NCBI GenBank assembly: GCA_020137815.1
Contig: CM035350.1
Coordinates: 4,526,001 to 4,590,000, forward strand
DNA: 64,000 bases
Direction of reading: 5' to 3'
From: Hormiphora californensis
Taxonomy: Eukaryota; Animalia; Ctenophora
Part shown: piece after piece, positions 43,452 through 56,260 of the stretch
Position numbering within the stretch: position 1 is the first letter of the stretch
How the letters are laid out: each line of letters begins with the position of its first letter
Made by a program: the position numbers and the translations under genes
The notes under the pieces: model-generated
Told to the model about the DNA's origin: nothing
Databases searched by the model: none
What the model saw: only the letters and a program-made list of their open reading frames with translations

Positions 43452-46400
43452 ATGACACTGATCAACCAGTGTAGCCGGCTCCTAGCCCGATCCAACCTCC
43501 GGAACCTCTCCACGGTGAGTTCTCTGGGCTTTAAAAAGAATTGTTGTAACAGCGTGTTCTAGAATTCTACACTGTGAAAAAGTGAAAACTTTTTTAAAAC
43601 TCATTCCCCCTTTTCAGAGATTTGCTCTACCAAAATCAGGACCCAAAGTTCGATATGTAAGTGTGAACATGAACTACCATTTCAATTTATGTTTCAATAA
43701 CTTAGATGCTCAAAAAGAATCTGACGGCTGATGAGGTGCAGGAATTTTCTCCTATGTTCTCTGCTTTCGCGACTTGATGTAACGCGCGAGCTTTTCAAAT
43801 GTGTTGGGAGGGAACAGTTAGCGCATTTCCATTTCACGCGCAACTCTGTCGTGAACTACCCCGGTGATGAACAACCGCTACTGTCACAGTTCCGTCATCA
43901 CCCCCTCAGAACTCACTCACAGTTTCCCTCTCTCCCAGAACTATGGAGCTGTGGGTCTGCTAGGAGCGGCTGTATTTTCAATGGGGGCTGCCCTTGTCGA
44001 CGGCCAGATTAGTGCCGACGAGCTGGAACTCGGACACGCCCACATGCACTGGGAATTCAACGAGCTGTTCAAGTCCTACGATCACAAGGCGTAAGTTATA
44101 ATCCTGATATGACCTCCCCCTCTCTATCTTGACTAACAACACAAGTTGCAAAACTGACACCCCCTCCCCTCTTCAGACTGCGACGAGGTTTCCAGGTGTA
44201 TAAGGAGGTGTGTCAGGCATGTCACAGCATGCAATACCTCTACTGGAGGATGCACGTTGATGTCACCCATGACGTGGATACGATGAAAGAGTATGCTGCT
44301 GAGTACCAGTATCCCGATATAGATGATGATGGTAACAGTATCATGAGGGCCGGAGACATCCAAGATTTCATGCCCGCCCCATACGAGAACGAGATCAAGG
44401 CCAGGCTGGCTAACAATGGTGCTCTTCCCCCTGACCTATCGCTCATCACCATTGCACGAGAGGGTGGCAGTGATTATCTGTTCGCCTTGTTGAACGGTTA
44501 TGAGGAGCTCCCTGCTGGAGCTGCCGAGCCGGCCGAGGGCCAGGCCTTTAACCCCTACTTCCATGGGTATTATATCGGTATGGCTCAGCAGATTTACAAC
44601 GAGAGTGTCGACTATGAAGATGGTATGTCTACCTGTTCCATTATAGAAACACTTTTGATTACACGTGTAAAAAACCAACTGCGAGAAGAAGTATTCACAC
44701 CTGAGAGAGATCTAATTTCCACCACCATTTCCAGGAACGATACCGTACGCCTCCCAGATTGCCAAGGATGTCTGTGAGTACCTAGCCTGGACCAGCAACC
44801 CCTATATGGACGAATCTAAACTTTACGGAATGAAGGTGAGTTGCTTTTTATTATTTTTTTCGTTATATTTTCTGGGGTACTAAACTGAGTCTCATACGAC
44901 CCGGAGATGGCTTAGCCCGGAACGCTCCGTTTATGTACAATCAAAACACTCGGAATCCCCCAAGAACTCATAAAACACATCACGTGAACATGTCAACATT
45001 GTATCGGTTGATCTGTGCCACTACGTCCGCCAGTTTCACATCACCCCGTCCTGCGTAGTCGATCATAACCAGGTTTATCGGTCGTCTAGTTGTCTTGACG
45101 ACCTCCTTGTTTATATCTATCAACTTGTGTAGCTCTGTCCCATCACACAAACCGGCTAGATCCCAGAGGCACAGACCGTATGCGAAGTACCAATCCACCT
45201 AGGGGGGGGGGGTATATAGGGGTTAGAGTGAAATTAGGGGGATTATTGGATGCCGAGATAATTGTGGGAGATGTCGACAACAGCCGTTACCTAAACAAAG
45301 GATTTTACCTGGAGGGGGTAGACATCATATTTAGCCCGAGGATTGCTAGTCAGCCTATGAACCATCTCGCTGACAGTAAAACACGATTCACTTCCCCCAT
45401 CCATCTTATAGGATTCGACCTGCCTCAGTGCATGGATAGGTCTTCTTGGGTTGAAACCCCCGTTTACGGTTACAACTAGCCGCTCATTCCGCCCAATGGC
45501 CTCCCCTAACACAGGGTTATCTGTCCTACTCAGCTTCACCTTTCCAGACCCAGTGATGAACCTGCTCAGCTCTCTAGCTAGGTTGTCCCCGATATAGGAT
45601 CGGGACTCCTCCGGGTGATCCTTCATTCGAACAACTACAATTTCGTCCTGGTGTGATCCAAGAAAGTTCTCAATTTCTGACATGGCTCGGCGGAGTGACC
45701 GGGAGTAAGCACAATCTGTTGCTCCACAGTGTACCAAGACAATCCCCTCCTCCCACCACTCTCCACTAGCCTGGCTGTGGGTTATATGGGATATGTCAAA
45801 ATCGAAGTATCGTATACCCTTGTTGAGTTGGTCAGTGATGGAGAGGTCTTGGTTTCTATAGAAACAAGATGGAGCTGCCCCGCCACTCCACCAATAAAGT
45901 TGTCCGAATGCACCCGCTCCCGAGTTATGGGTACCTGGGGGAATGAGAGTTCAGAGACATTTCATGATTACAATATACCAGTATATACCGCCCCAAGTTA
46001 TGACATACATTTATTACATTGCCAGATGTGTGACGTAATGCATTACAAAAACAAAGTGATGTCTTCTGATAACACCGCGACCTTCTAACCTGCCAGTGTA
46101 AAGTAGTTAAGGTGCAATCCACATGCCCCAGAGATACCATTGACCTTGGTACAAGTCCGGGCACTAACTGCCCCAACAATCCAAACGAAAACTAGAGTCA
46201 CTCTCATAATTTGAGCAGGTGTGAGAAAACCGCTTCGTTCTATGTTTTCGAGTCTCCATCCATCTTTTTCTGGATTTTGATTGATTTGATCCACCTGGTC
46301 GAAGTCGGTAAAAGTTTTTGTTCCGACTTTAAAATTGAGTTTTTTCTTCAGCTGGCTACTCCATGTGTCATAATCAAACTTTGAAAACATATGTATTATG

Positions 46401-46684
46401 CAACCCTTCATTGTTTTCTTCGCACCAAACCTAATTAATGAATCATTCCCCACCTGTTGACTATCCTAACCCAACCTTCCCTTCTCCAGGCGATTGCCAG
46501 TATCACCCTCTTCGGAGCCGCCATGTACGTTCTCATGCGAGTAAAGCGAAACCATATGCGAGTCAGGCAACTGGCCTTCGCTGTACCCGGAAAGGAAAAG
46601 AGCATATCCGCTAACGGCAATGTCAGCACTCTTTCCAAGTACAAACAAGTCGATGAAATGTTGGATCGGGCATCTAGAAAGTGA
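43452..46684 (+). CDS. CYC1: Mitochondrial cytochrome c1; exons 43452-43514, 43618-43656, 43939-44090, 44177-44622, 44735-44835, 46490-46684
   Basis: Arg/Ser-rich presequence, LRRGFQVYKEVCQACHSM heme motif, ANNGALPPDLSLI, FNPYF, QIAKDVCEYLAW, and a C-terminal TM anchor in the last exon. Confidence 0.95.
44980..46207 (-). CDS. Secreted PI-PLC X-domain (PLC-like phosphodiesterase) protein nested antisense in CYC1 intron 5; exons 46090-46207, 45309-45934, 44980-45198
   Basis: Signal peptide MRVTLVFVWIVGAVSA, then FTLAG|THNS, NQDLSITDQLNKGIRYFDFD, second His (LVHC), EIENFL…EIVVV and C-terminal NLVMIDY. Confidence 0.85.
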
Positions 46685-47527
46685 TGAGAGACACTTTGAA
46701 AAAGAGAGACCGTGACCTATCAGTCTGCAGCGACACATTTTGTTGGATGTTGTGGGATTATAGAAAACGGTAGTATCACGGTTTAACTACCGCCAATTAA
46801 GTTATTGTCATTATTTTGAGTCGATCACCCGTGAGCCCTCTTTTCCTGTTGTATTCTCGATTTAGTTTGTAAAGAACCAACAATGATTGTGTTTGAATTA
46901 TTTCAACAACCTCTCCTCGGCAGGAAATCTTGTAATTTCCTCATTTGGCGTGTGAAGTGATATTTTGGGATCAAATCCTGGACAGGATCGGAACACACAG
47001 GGCAAAGTAAAGATGCGCGCGTGGTCCAACGCGCACTGTCTGGTACAACACATCGGTGTACTTTTATCATCTCTAAGGCAGGAAAACTAGCAATACCTAC
47101 TGTGTGTAGTGAAAAGAGTGGACAGTCATGTGTATGTGTAGTTCGGAGGTGGGGCAGTTCCATTCACAGTACCGGTTATTATAGTCGCGTGGTATGTGGT
47201 CTAACATCATTAAACATACAGCGAGGGAGGGAGAGAGAGAGAGCGATGTTCGACAAACAGAAAACAATTAAGATTGTGGACTGGTAACTGTTTCGATCTG
47301 AATCGTCTATAAAAAACATTGCAAAGTCTGACATAAAACGGCCATCAAATATTCTGAAATTTGCTCTCACAATAATAGAAATAAAATGTAATAACTCAAA
47401 TTGTCCTCGCTCTTTCTGAGAAAGAATTATCCCTCTGTAGGCTCATAATAAGAGGAGCCGCCAGCCGGTCAGGTATGATCAACCCTTTCTCGCCTGATCA
47501 AAATGAGCCCCAGCTGCCCCTCTTTCT

Positions 47528-49016
47528 CTATTGCTGTAATTGTGGGGTCCGTTGGGAGGGGTGGCACTTGGAGATGTGTGTTGCAAGAGCTTGTAACGTT
47601 TGGAACACCTGCAAACGGGAAAATAATATTATTTCTTAGAAAGAGAGTGTGTTGATTAATCCCTTTCGGGCAAGTCCCTCCCCCGCGGTATATTCCTCTC
47701 TCCTAGTATCCCCCAGTACGCAGTACCCTCAGTACTCAATACCCCCCGCGTTATTCATTTCACTGCTCACCTTGGTGCACACGTTGCAGGTTAATTCAGT
47801 CTGGTAGTGGCACAATGAAACATGCTCGTTAAGAGAGGAAACACGCTCAAATACCTCCCCACATACTCTACATACCAGTACCTCTGCTCCAGCGTGTGTC
47901 TTCCGAATGTGTCTAGTGAGGTGGGACTTGTAGGCAAACGTGTGGTCACACAACCTGGGAATTAAATGGAGGGTTACACAACCTGGGAATTAAATGGAGG
48001 GTTACACAACCTGGGAATTAAATGGAGGGTTACACAACCTGGGAATTAAATGGAGGGTTACACAACCTGGGAATTAAATGGAGGGTTACACAACCTGGGA
48101 ATTAAATGGAGGGTTACACAACCTGGGAATTAAATGGAGGGTTACACAACCTGGGAATTAAATGGAGGGATACACAACCTGGGAATTAAATGGAGGGTTA
48201 CACAACCTGGGAATTAAATGGAGGGATACACAACCTGGGAATTAAATGGAGGGTTACACAACCTGGGAATTAAATGGAGGGTTACACAACCTGGGAATTA
48301 AATGGAGGGATACACAACCTGGGAATTGAATGGAGGGATACACAACCTGGGAATTAAATGGAGGGTTACACAACCTGGGAATTGAATGGAGGGTTACACA
48401 ACCTGGGAATTAAATGGAGGGTTACACAACCTGGGAATTGAATGGAGGGTTACACAACCTGGGAATTGAATGGAGGGTTACACAACCTGGGAATTAAATG
48501 GAGGGTTACACAACCTGGGAATTGAATGGAGGGTTACACAACCTGGGAATTGAATGGAGGGTTACACATAAACTGGGTTACACATATATTGATTTATTGA
48601 TATTGGAAATAATGGGAATGGGATGGGAATGAAGGGTGACTGGAAAATAAACTACTTTCGAGATAAAGCGATCTAGCGGGGATTGATTGAGCGTGTCATG
48701 CTGCAACGATCAATGCAGGAGTTGAATTACACTATAGCATGATCGTCACTATAGAATGCACGTCACTATAGTATGCACGTCACTGAGCACGTCACTGAGC
48801 ACGTCACTGAGCTGCTCATTATGCAGTCTATACACACACACTCATTGTAGTACCAAGACACTTCATACACACGATGATGAATATAGCATTCATCACGCAC
48901 AGACTGAGATGAACTGACACACACACACACATTCCAGTACCTCATTATACCTCATCTTACTGCTCTACAATTATACTGACCTCTCCTAAATCAACACTAG
49001 CAGTGAGTGAGAGAGG

Positions 49017-49114
<98 letters not shown>

Positions 49115-51497
49115 AAGAGAGTGTGTAGTGTTATGATGCTACATCACTTTTAATAACATGCAGCTCGATGAATGAAATATAAAACTCATTCAGTCCGGAA
49201 TATGAGTGTAGAACACACTAAAGATCTCTACAATATATCAGAAGAGTAAAGTCTTCTCCTCGCAGTAATTGTCAAACTAACATGGTACAATGTCTTGATT
49301 ACACCGCCCCCCAGTTCAAAACTAATATACTAATGTCTTGAGTACTCTAATGATATAGCTCATACCCCCCTCCCAGTTCCAAACTAACCTACATGAGTGA
49401 GCACGTGTTTTCTGGTGAACACTCCGTACGTGCAGTACCATGGATGTCCGCTGTGTGAATTGTTGTCCACACTCCGGGCACGTGTGTTCCTTGATTTTCT
49501 GGTGGGCCACTTTGACGTGTTGTGCGACGTACCGGCGTGATCTGAACTCCTTATCACATACCTCACACCTGTACCTGGGATGGAATGGTAGAGAGATCGT
49601 GCCTCACACCTGTACCTGGGATGGAATGGTAGTGAGATCATGCCTCACACCTGTACCTGGACCAGATTGGGATCTGTTGAAATGGGGGACGGTAGGGGAC
49701 ATTAGGTAGAGGAATGGGGGACGGTAGGGAGGTAATAGCAGGGAAAGGAGGAAGGGGGGGTATAAACTATCTGCAATTTATATCTTTGAGAAAAATGAAG
49801 CAATATAATATTATCATCGAGGAAGATAGTTATTTAGAATGGAGTTGAATATTTCATTCATGACAGAGAATATTAAATTTCTGTCGGATAAAATATGTTA
49901 ACTACAGCTCTGTATTAGGCTTGATTTGTTGAAACTTGAAAGGGGGGGGGGGGTGCGAGAAAATAGAATTGAGAGACAGAGAGTTACTGAGAAAATGGGA
50001 GACAGCGAGTTACTGAGAAAGAGGGGATCGGTGGGGTGAGTGGTGACTTTTTAAGCAGGAGGAGTGTGTGTGTGTGGTAGAAAGAGAGAGACAGACACAA
50101 TGTGTTCTAAACAAAGGGTGTCCTTAGGTTGCAGCTTGGTACATAACAGGAATGTTTGACCCTTGTCTAGTCGCCCTCATTTTCTATCGGGGGGGGGGGG
50201 GGGGTATGTCGTCTCTTTAAGGGTCAATCAAGACCGAGATAGTGCATGGATTAAGGGAGATAATGAATTTAGGGAGATATTCAATTTAGCAATTACGTAG
50301 CCCGATATGAGATTTGTTCTCACAGCGTAGCACTAAAAGTGTAGTGGGAGTGCTACCACGTTCTCTACTACACTCTCTACAGAACTGTACTAGCGACGGG
50401 TGGTTCTACGAATGACTACAAATGCACCAGATGACAACTCAAGATCAGCTCAAGATCATGATTGATAGAGATACTCCAAACAACATGTCTACAACTGTAC
50501 TACGCTCCAAGATATTATAGTGAATCAGAATATAACATGATCTAGCTTACTGGAAGTTGTATCTCTAAACAATTTTCCACTACTATAACTACTAGAAATT
50601 AGGTTTGTTATAGGATTGGAGTATTAATCCTCGTCTAGGTGTTTGTTACGTAGTGATGATGTAGTGCGGAAAGTGAGGGTGGAGACTCAGGTTTACACAT
50701 TAACAGACAACACTTCACCTCTACTTGCCCGATATAAAGTGCTGACATAGTAAACTTCTCGTGAAATACAAAATATTCCTTTTGATTCAAGCTCCGTTCG
50801 ATTTGCCCTTTAGATATATATTAAAGGCACCACTTTATGACAAATTGTGCTCCTTTTGGTAATTGCAGGGCTAGTCTAGACATGGAGAGAGAGGGCTCAC
50901 CTGATTTCGCTGTGTTTCTGCTTGACATGGAGGTTGAGGGTAGCAACGGTTGCCATGGTTTCTGAACAATGCGGACACTGGTGTTTCTTCCTCCCAGGGC
51001 TTCCACACAACCTCTTTTCGTGTCTGTGTAGGAGATAATAGAGAATCTGATTTGGTTTGGGAGGACGGTAAAACAGGGGAATTATGGGAGGGGTAGTGGT
51101 GCAGCATTGGGGGAATGAGATTGGGGTGGAACTGTTCCACTAACTTGGAGAGATAGATACGATTCTTGAATGATTTCCCACACTTATTACACTGATGTTC
51201 TGATAAGAAAGGGCTCTGTGTTGTCTCCATAGCAACTGAATTATTGTAGGATGCCCCTTCCATAGCAACTGAATTGTAGGATGCTCCATCCTTAGTCCCA
51301 CCTGGTGCTACTGCACTACCTGATACATTGCGGGTTTGGCAGAGGAGAAATGAGAGAAACTCTTCATCAGAGAGGCCCCCAAAGTTTAACTGTTGTTTTT
51401 GGTGGTGCCACAGTCGGGCAGTTACACCGCCACATCTTATCACGTACTGGCCTTCTCCTCCTGCCTCTGCAGTCATGGACCCGAAATGGGAGTTCAT
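47528..51497 (-). CDS. C2H2 zinc-finger protein (exons ~49390-49574, ~47771-47954, 47528-~47608; probable 5' exon in 50871-51497)
   Basis: CEVC…H…[48 protein letters not shown]…H…H. The link to the 51.5-kb ORF (CNKCGKSF) is uncertain. Confidence 0.7.
47947..48568. repeat. 28-bp minisatellite (~22 copies) spanning a splice acceptor of the ZF gene
   Basis: Unit CACAACCTGGGAATT(A/G)AATGGAGGG(T/A)TA, head-to-tail with no spacers. Confidence 0.97.
49561..49660. repeat. 41-bp tandem repeat (~2.5 copies) spanning another ZF-gene acceptor
   Basis: CCTCACACCTGTACCTGG at 49561, 49602, 49643. Confidence 0.9.
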
Positions 51498-51534
51498 TGG
51501 GGGAAGCTAAGTAGAAAGATAGAGAGAGAAAGAT

Positions 51535-51604
<70 letters not shown>

Positions 51605-51704
51605 GTTGTTGCAAGTGGTTATGAGAAGGATACAAAGCACGCTACAGGGCGTGTGTGTGTTTTTGCTTTGTGTCGTGTCTCCAGTGTTCCATGAGGTCTT
51701 AGAC

Positions 51705-51788
<84 letters not shown>

Positions 51789-52228
51789 GTGGTGGCACTG
51801 TGGATGTGGCAACATATGAATCAAGCCATGTGTTCCTGGTATCGGGTAAAGTCAGAGGTGAGAGAAAAGAGGAACTGAATTTGAAAGGGAGGCCCAATAT
51901 TTGAGACTGGATCGAGGGAGATCTGTATTAGAAAAAGTTGTGAGATCATTGTTTTATGGTGAGAGTGGTGTGAGTCGAGAGAGGTGGAAGATCCAATAAA
52001 AACCAGGTGCGTGTTTACAGTTTTACCATGGATCCAATAGCATATTATATATGCATAACATAAAGCGTGAGATCAGTACATCTTCGAGATTGCTCAGGAC
52101 CGTTCCGATTTGTTGTTGGATTTACGATTTCCATGGGGAGAGAAATATCGGTGCCGGATGCTAATCTTAGTAGTACAGGAAGCATTTGGGGGCGTATTTC
52201 GGGCACTGAGAGAGAGAGAAAGAAAGAG

Positions 52229-52302
<74 letters not shown>

Positions 52303-52563
52303 AGATGGGGAGAGAGAGCTAAGCGACGCTCATTGTGGGTTACCTTTCGGACCACATAACATGTAAAGAAAGAGAAATAGAAAGAAAGGGAGAAAGAAAG
52401 TTTATAGAGAGAAAGAAAGAGAGAGTATATCCTGGTTTTAAGTAGGTTTCTGTATGAGAGCACAAGCTCGTGTGAGTCGCGCTTGTACCCAGTAGCAAAG
52501 TGAAGAAGAAAGAAGAATGAAAGAAAGAAGAGAGGGTTACGTAGAGAGAGAGGGGGAGAGGGG

Positions 52564-52639
<76 letters not shown>

Positions 52640-53631
52640 GATGAAGACACCTCTTTATTCCTTGTGAGGAGAGTGTGTGTGTGAGTGGCGGGTTAAAGAG
52701 CAATAGATATTACAGTGCTCCACCGAGGATAAAATCGGGGCGGTGAACTGGAGCCCACTTAGCAGTAGTGGCTTTAGTGAGTATAGGTAGGATGGTAAAA
52801 CTTGGGTAGGTAGATCGAGTCAGAGCACTCTCACTTGTGGCCTGTGGGGGTGGAGTCCCCCTCCTCTAGTAGGGGAGAAAAGGAGCAAGTGAAATAAAGG
52901 GGGATAGAAAAGGGGGCAGTAGGAGGGGGTTTTTGTGGATCCTTCGTTAGTAGAAAATGGGTTGAAAACATCTTAAAGCTGGAGAGAAGAGAAAAGGAGC
53001 ATGTAGGATGTAGGTACTGGGGGGGGGGAGAAACTATGTAGAAGTACAGCTGTTAGTGTGGGAGCATCATGTGTACAATAAACTACTGCACACGTGAAGA
53101 AGGGGGACCCATACTTGGACCACTTTAAGTGCATTAGAGATAAACGTCCCAGCAATATATCAAATTAGCTCATCTATCCATCGAATAGTCTGCCAGTCAT
53201 TTTAAGATAGCGTGTCTGAGCTATTGTGAGTGAGAGCATATTGCGGAAGTGGTACTGTATGGCTCTCTAGACACGGCTCATACATACCCAAATAGTATGC
53301 AGCAGCAGCAGGCTGGGTTTATTTTGAGTAGTGTGAAATATATAGTCTCATTATCCAAACCAAACCCTCTGTAGGTTAGGTTTTATCAAACAGAGGTTTC
53401 CCTCTGTATTTGTCTGCAGCAGGTTTGAGTCAAGACACACACACATAGTGTGTATGTAGACTTGATTGTGCATGATGTAGAGTGTGCCATACACTCAAAC
53501 AGTGGTGGTAACCCCAGTATGTCAGCAGGGGGAGATTGTAAGGGGGTACATTCTATTTCGGGATTCTGAGAGATGATCAACTCTCTGCGTGTGTATGTAT
53601 TTGTGACGAAAGAGGTAGAGAGAGAGAGAGA

Positions 53632-53715
<84 letters not shown>

Positions 53716-53765
53716 TATGGAAACCTATGGAAAGAAGTTAGGCGCTAGGCGCCAGAGGTATACCT

Positions 53766-55306
53766 TTAATGAGGCAGACCTGCGGAGATCCAGCTCAGGA
53801 TACTGTTCTTGTTAGGACAGCTGTATCCTCTTACTGGTGGGCTGTCTGGGAAGTTAGAAAGGTAGGCATCCAGGGCAGACTTTACTCCAGCGGCAGTCTC
53901 CCTGTCCTTGATGTTCCCAGGTACAGCGTTGAACAGTGCTAAGGAAGATGACGTGAACCCGTTGAATATGAGTGTATTCACTCCTTTCAGTCGGGCCTTC
54001 CCTAGCGGTCGTTCAGCAGTGGGTCCTCGCCTTAGGGACATACGGAAGTTGATATCACCGTGGTTAGGTAACAGTCCCTTCCATATCTTCCACATAGTGA
54101 GGATTTTAAACCTCTCTCTTCGTCTTTGGAGCGACCAAAGACCCAAGGTCTTAAGGCGAGCCCAGTAGTCCATGTCCTCACAACCTTTGATATTTGACGT
54201 GAAAGATCTCTGGACGGCTTCAACTCTTTCAATTTCACCAATGAGGTGAGGATCCCATAGAGGTGAGCAGTACTCTAAAAGAGGTCTCACGTAGGACTTG
54301 TAGAGTTGGAGCATATGATCCGGTTCTCTGGTCCGGAATGTTCTTAGTATCCATGAAGCCATTTTTCTAGCCTTCTTGGTAATGTCAGTTATGTGTGACT
54401 TCCAAGATAGGCCCGGATCAACATTTATACCAAGATCCCTTACCACTTCAGATCCTACTACTTCGGTTTGTGGGTTCAGTTGGTAGGGTTTTTTAAGTTC
54501 CTGGTTACTTCCGTGCTGCAATAGCTGGAACTTCTCAGCATTGAACTTCATACTGTTCAGTTCCGCCCACTCCTCGATCCTTTTCATGTCCTGTAGGAGC
54601 AAGGACCTGTCCTCCTCGGTGGTGATGGTTTTATGGACTTTGCTGTCATCAACAAACATCTTCACCATACTGTGATGAGTAACCGTTGGTAAGTCATTGA
54701 TATAGACTAGAAAGAGGAGCGCCGCCAGTACAGTGCCCTGCGGTACTCCGGACAACACCCTTGCTTGGGAGGAGTGGCATCCATTGACCACCACAACTTG
54801 GGTTCTGTTCGAAAGAAAGCATTCCAGCCAAGCTAGCAGGGTACCTCCAATCCCACAGAGCTCCAATTTCTGAAGCAGTCTCTTGTGGCTCACTCGATCA
54901 TATGCTTTGCTGAGATCCAGATACAGCACATCGACATTGTGGCCCTGTTCCAGATCATGTAGCACGTCATCCAAGTGTTGAGCGAGCTGGGTAAAACAGG
55001 AGTGTCCCGTTCTACTTCCATGTTGATCTTTGGTGAAGAAGCCCGATTTCTCAACAAAGTCAGACATTTGAGATCGTATCACCCTTTCAGCTACTTTGGC
55101 CAGGTGCGATGTCAACGACACCGGTCTATAATTTGCTGGGGTCGCCCTACTACCCTTTTTAAACACTGGAACGATTGTCTGTTGTTTGAACAAGGGCGCT
55201 ATGTCTCCTGTGTCCATAGATAACCGCCAAAGTGTGGCCATTACGGGTGAAAGTTGTGTTCCGCATTCCTTCAGCACAATAGAAGGAAATTTGTCCGGCC
55301 CAGGAG
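53766..55306 (-). mobile_element. 5'-truncated CR1-type LINE with uninterrupted RT ORF, flanked by (GA)n runs
   Basis: APGPD…NYRPVSLTS, YLDLSKAYDRV, GVPQGTVL, FVDDSK, YVRPLLEYCSPLW, SLQRRRER. Confidence 0.93.
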
Positions 55307-56260
55307 CAGAGAGAGAGAGAGAGAGAAAAAAAAAAAAGGGGGGTGTTTGAAACAAGGAAAACAATCAGTTAATCGGTCATTAAAAGGGTTGTCTTTCAAA
55401 AGAGATATTAACTTCTCTAGTTCTCTCACTCTCGCCTCTATATTAATAATAGGTTGTGAAATATATCATTATATGAGACTAACAACAGACCTGTATTAAC
55501 CCACATGTAGTACCAAAGAAGTGTAAAATAGGCTTTCTCTCTCTCTTTACAGTCACATTTCTCTCAACAAAATGAAGGAGCAAGAAGATGGCGTTCCAAG
55601 ACGCTTCTGTCTTCTCACCTGCCATCATCTACCTATCATGAGAGTGCCAGAAAAATATTGGTTTCTGTCTCTCCACACCTCTATTAGCTAACAATCTCTA
55701 TCTTTCTTTCTCGCCTTCTATAACAGTATTATTACGGAAATTCAGCTCAGACTAACAAATAACGATGGGAGATCACACGCGGATATGAAACAGTCAAATC
55801 ACAAACATCATCTCTCATCCCATTTCTATTCTTCTCATGGAGATAGGATGAAAGTGTACTGCCCTTCCCTGTGAAACACACACATTCCATTGCTACTAAT
55901 GTGGAACACACAACACATGAATGGCTATAGAAATTGTAAATTTTGATAAAATAAAGTCCTTCGCAAGGTTCCAGATAATACTGGCTGTATAATAGTTGAG
56001 TTAATTTCCTGCAAAAACAAATATAATATTGTAAAGCTAATATAATATGGGGGAATTTATGAACCGAGACATTTATAAACGATGTTGATTTGGAAGAGAT
56101 GCAGCAAAAAAACAATCAATTAGGCCTAATTAGGGGAAATTACGGTATAGTGGTGGAGAATAAAGATGTGTAAAATCTGACTTAATTTCAAGGTTATTAT
56201 ATCTCCCTCAACCCGGGTCTATGATTCTCCCCTGCAGTCCCCTTGAATGTCCCACACCCC

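Noticed and set aside
47947-48568. 28-bp repeat array as a CRISPR or telomeric array
   Set aside because: Units are contiguous with no unique spacers, there are no cas genes, and the context is a eukaryotic intron. GGGTTA is only a part of the unit.
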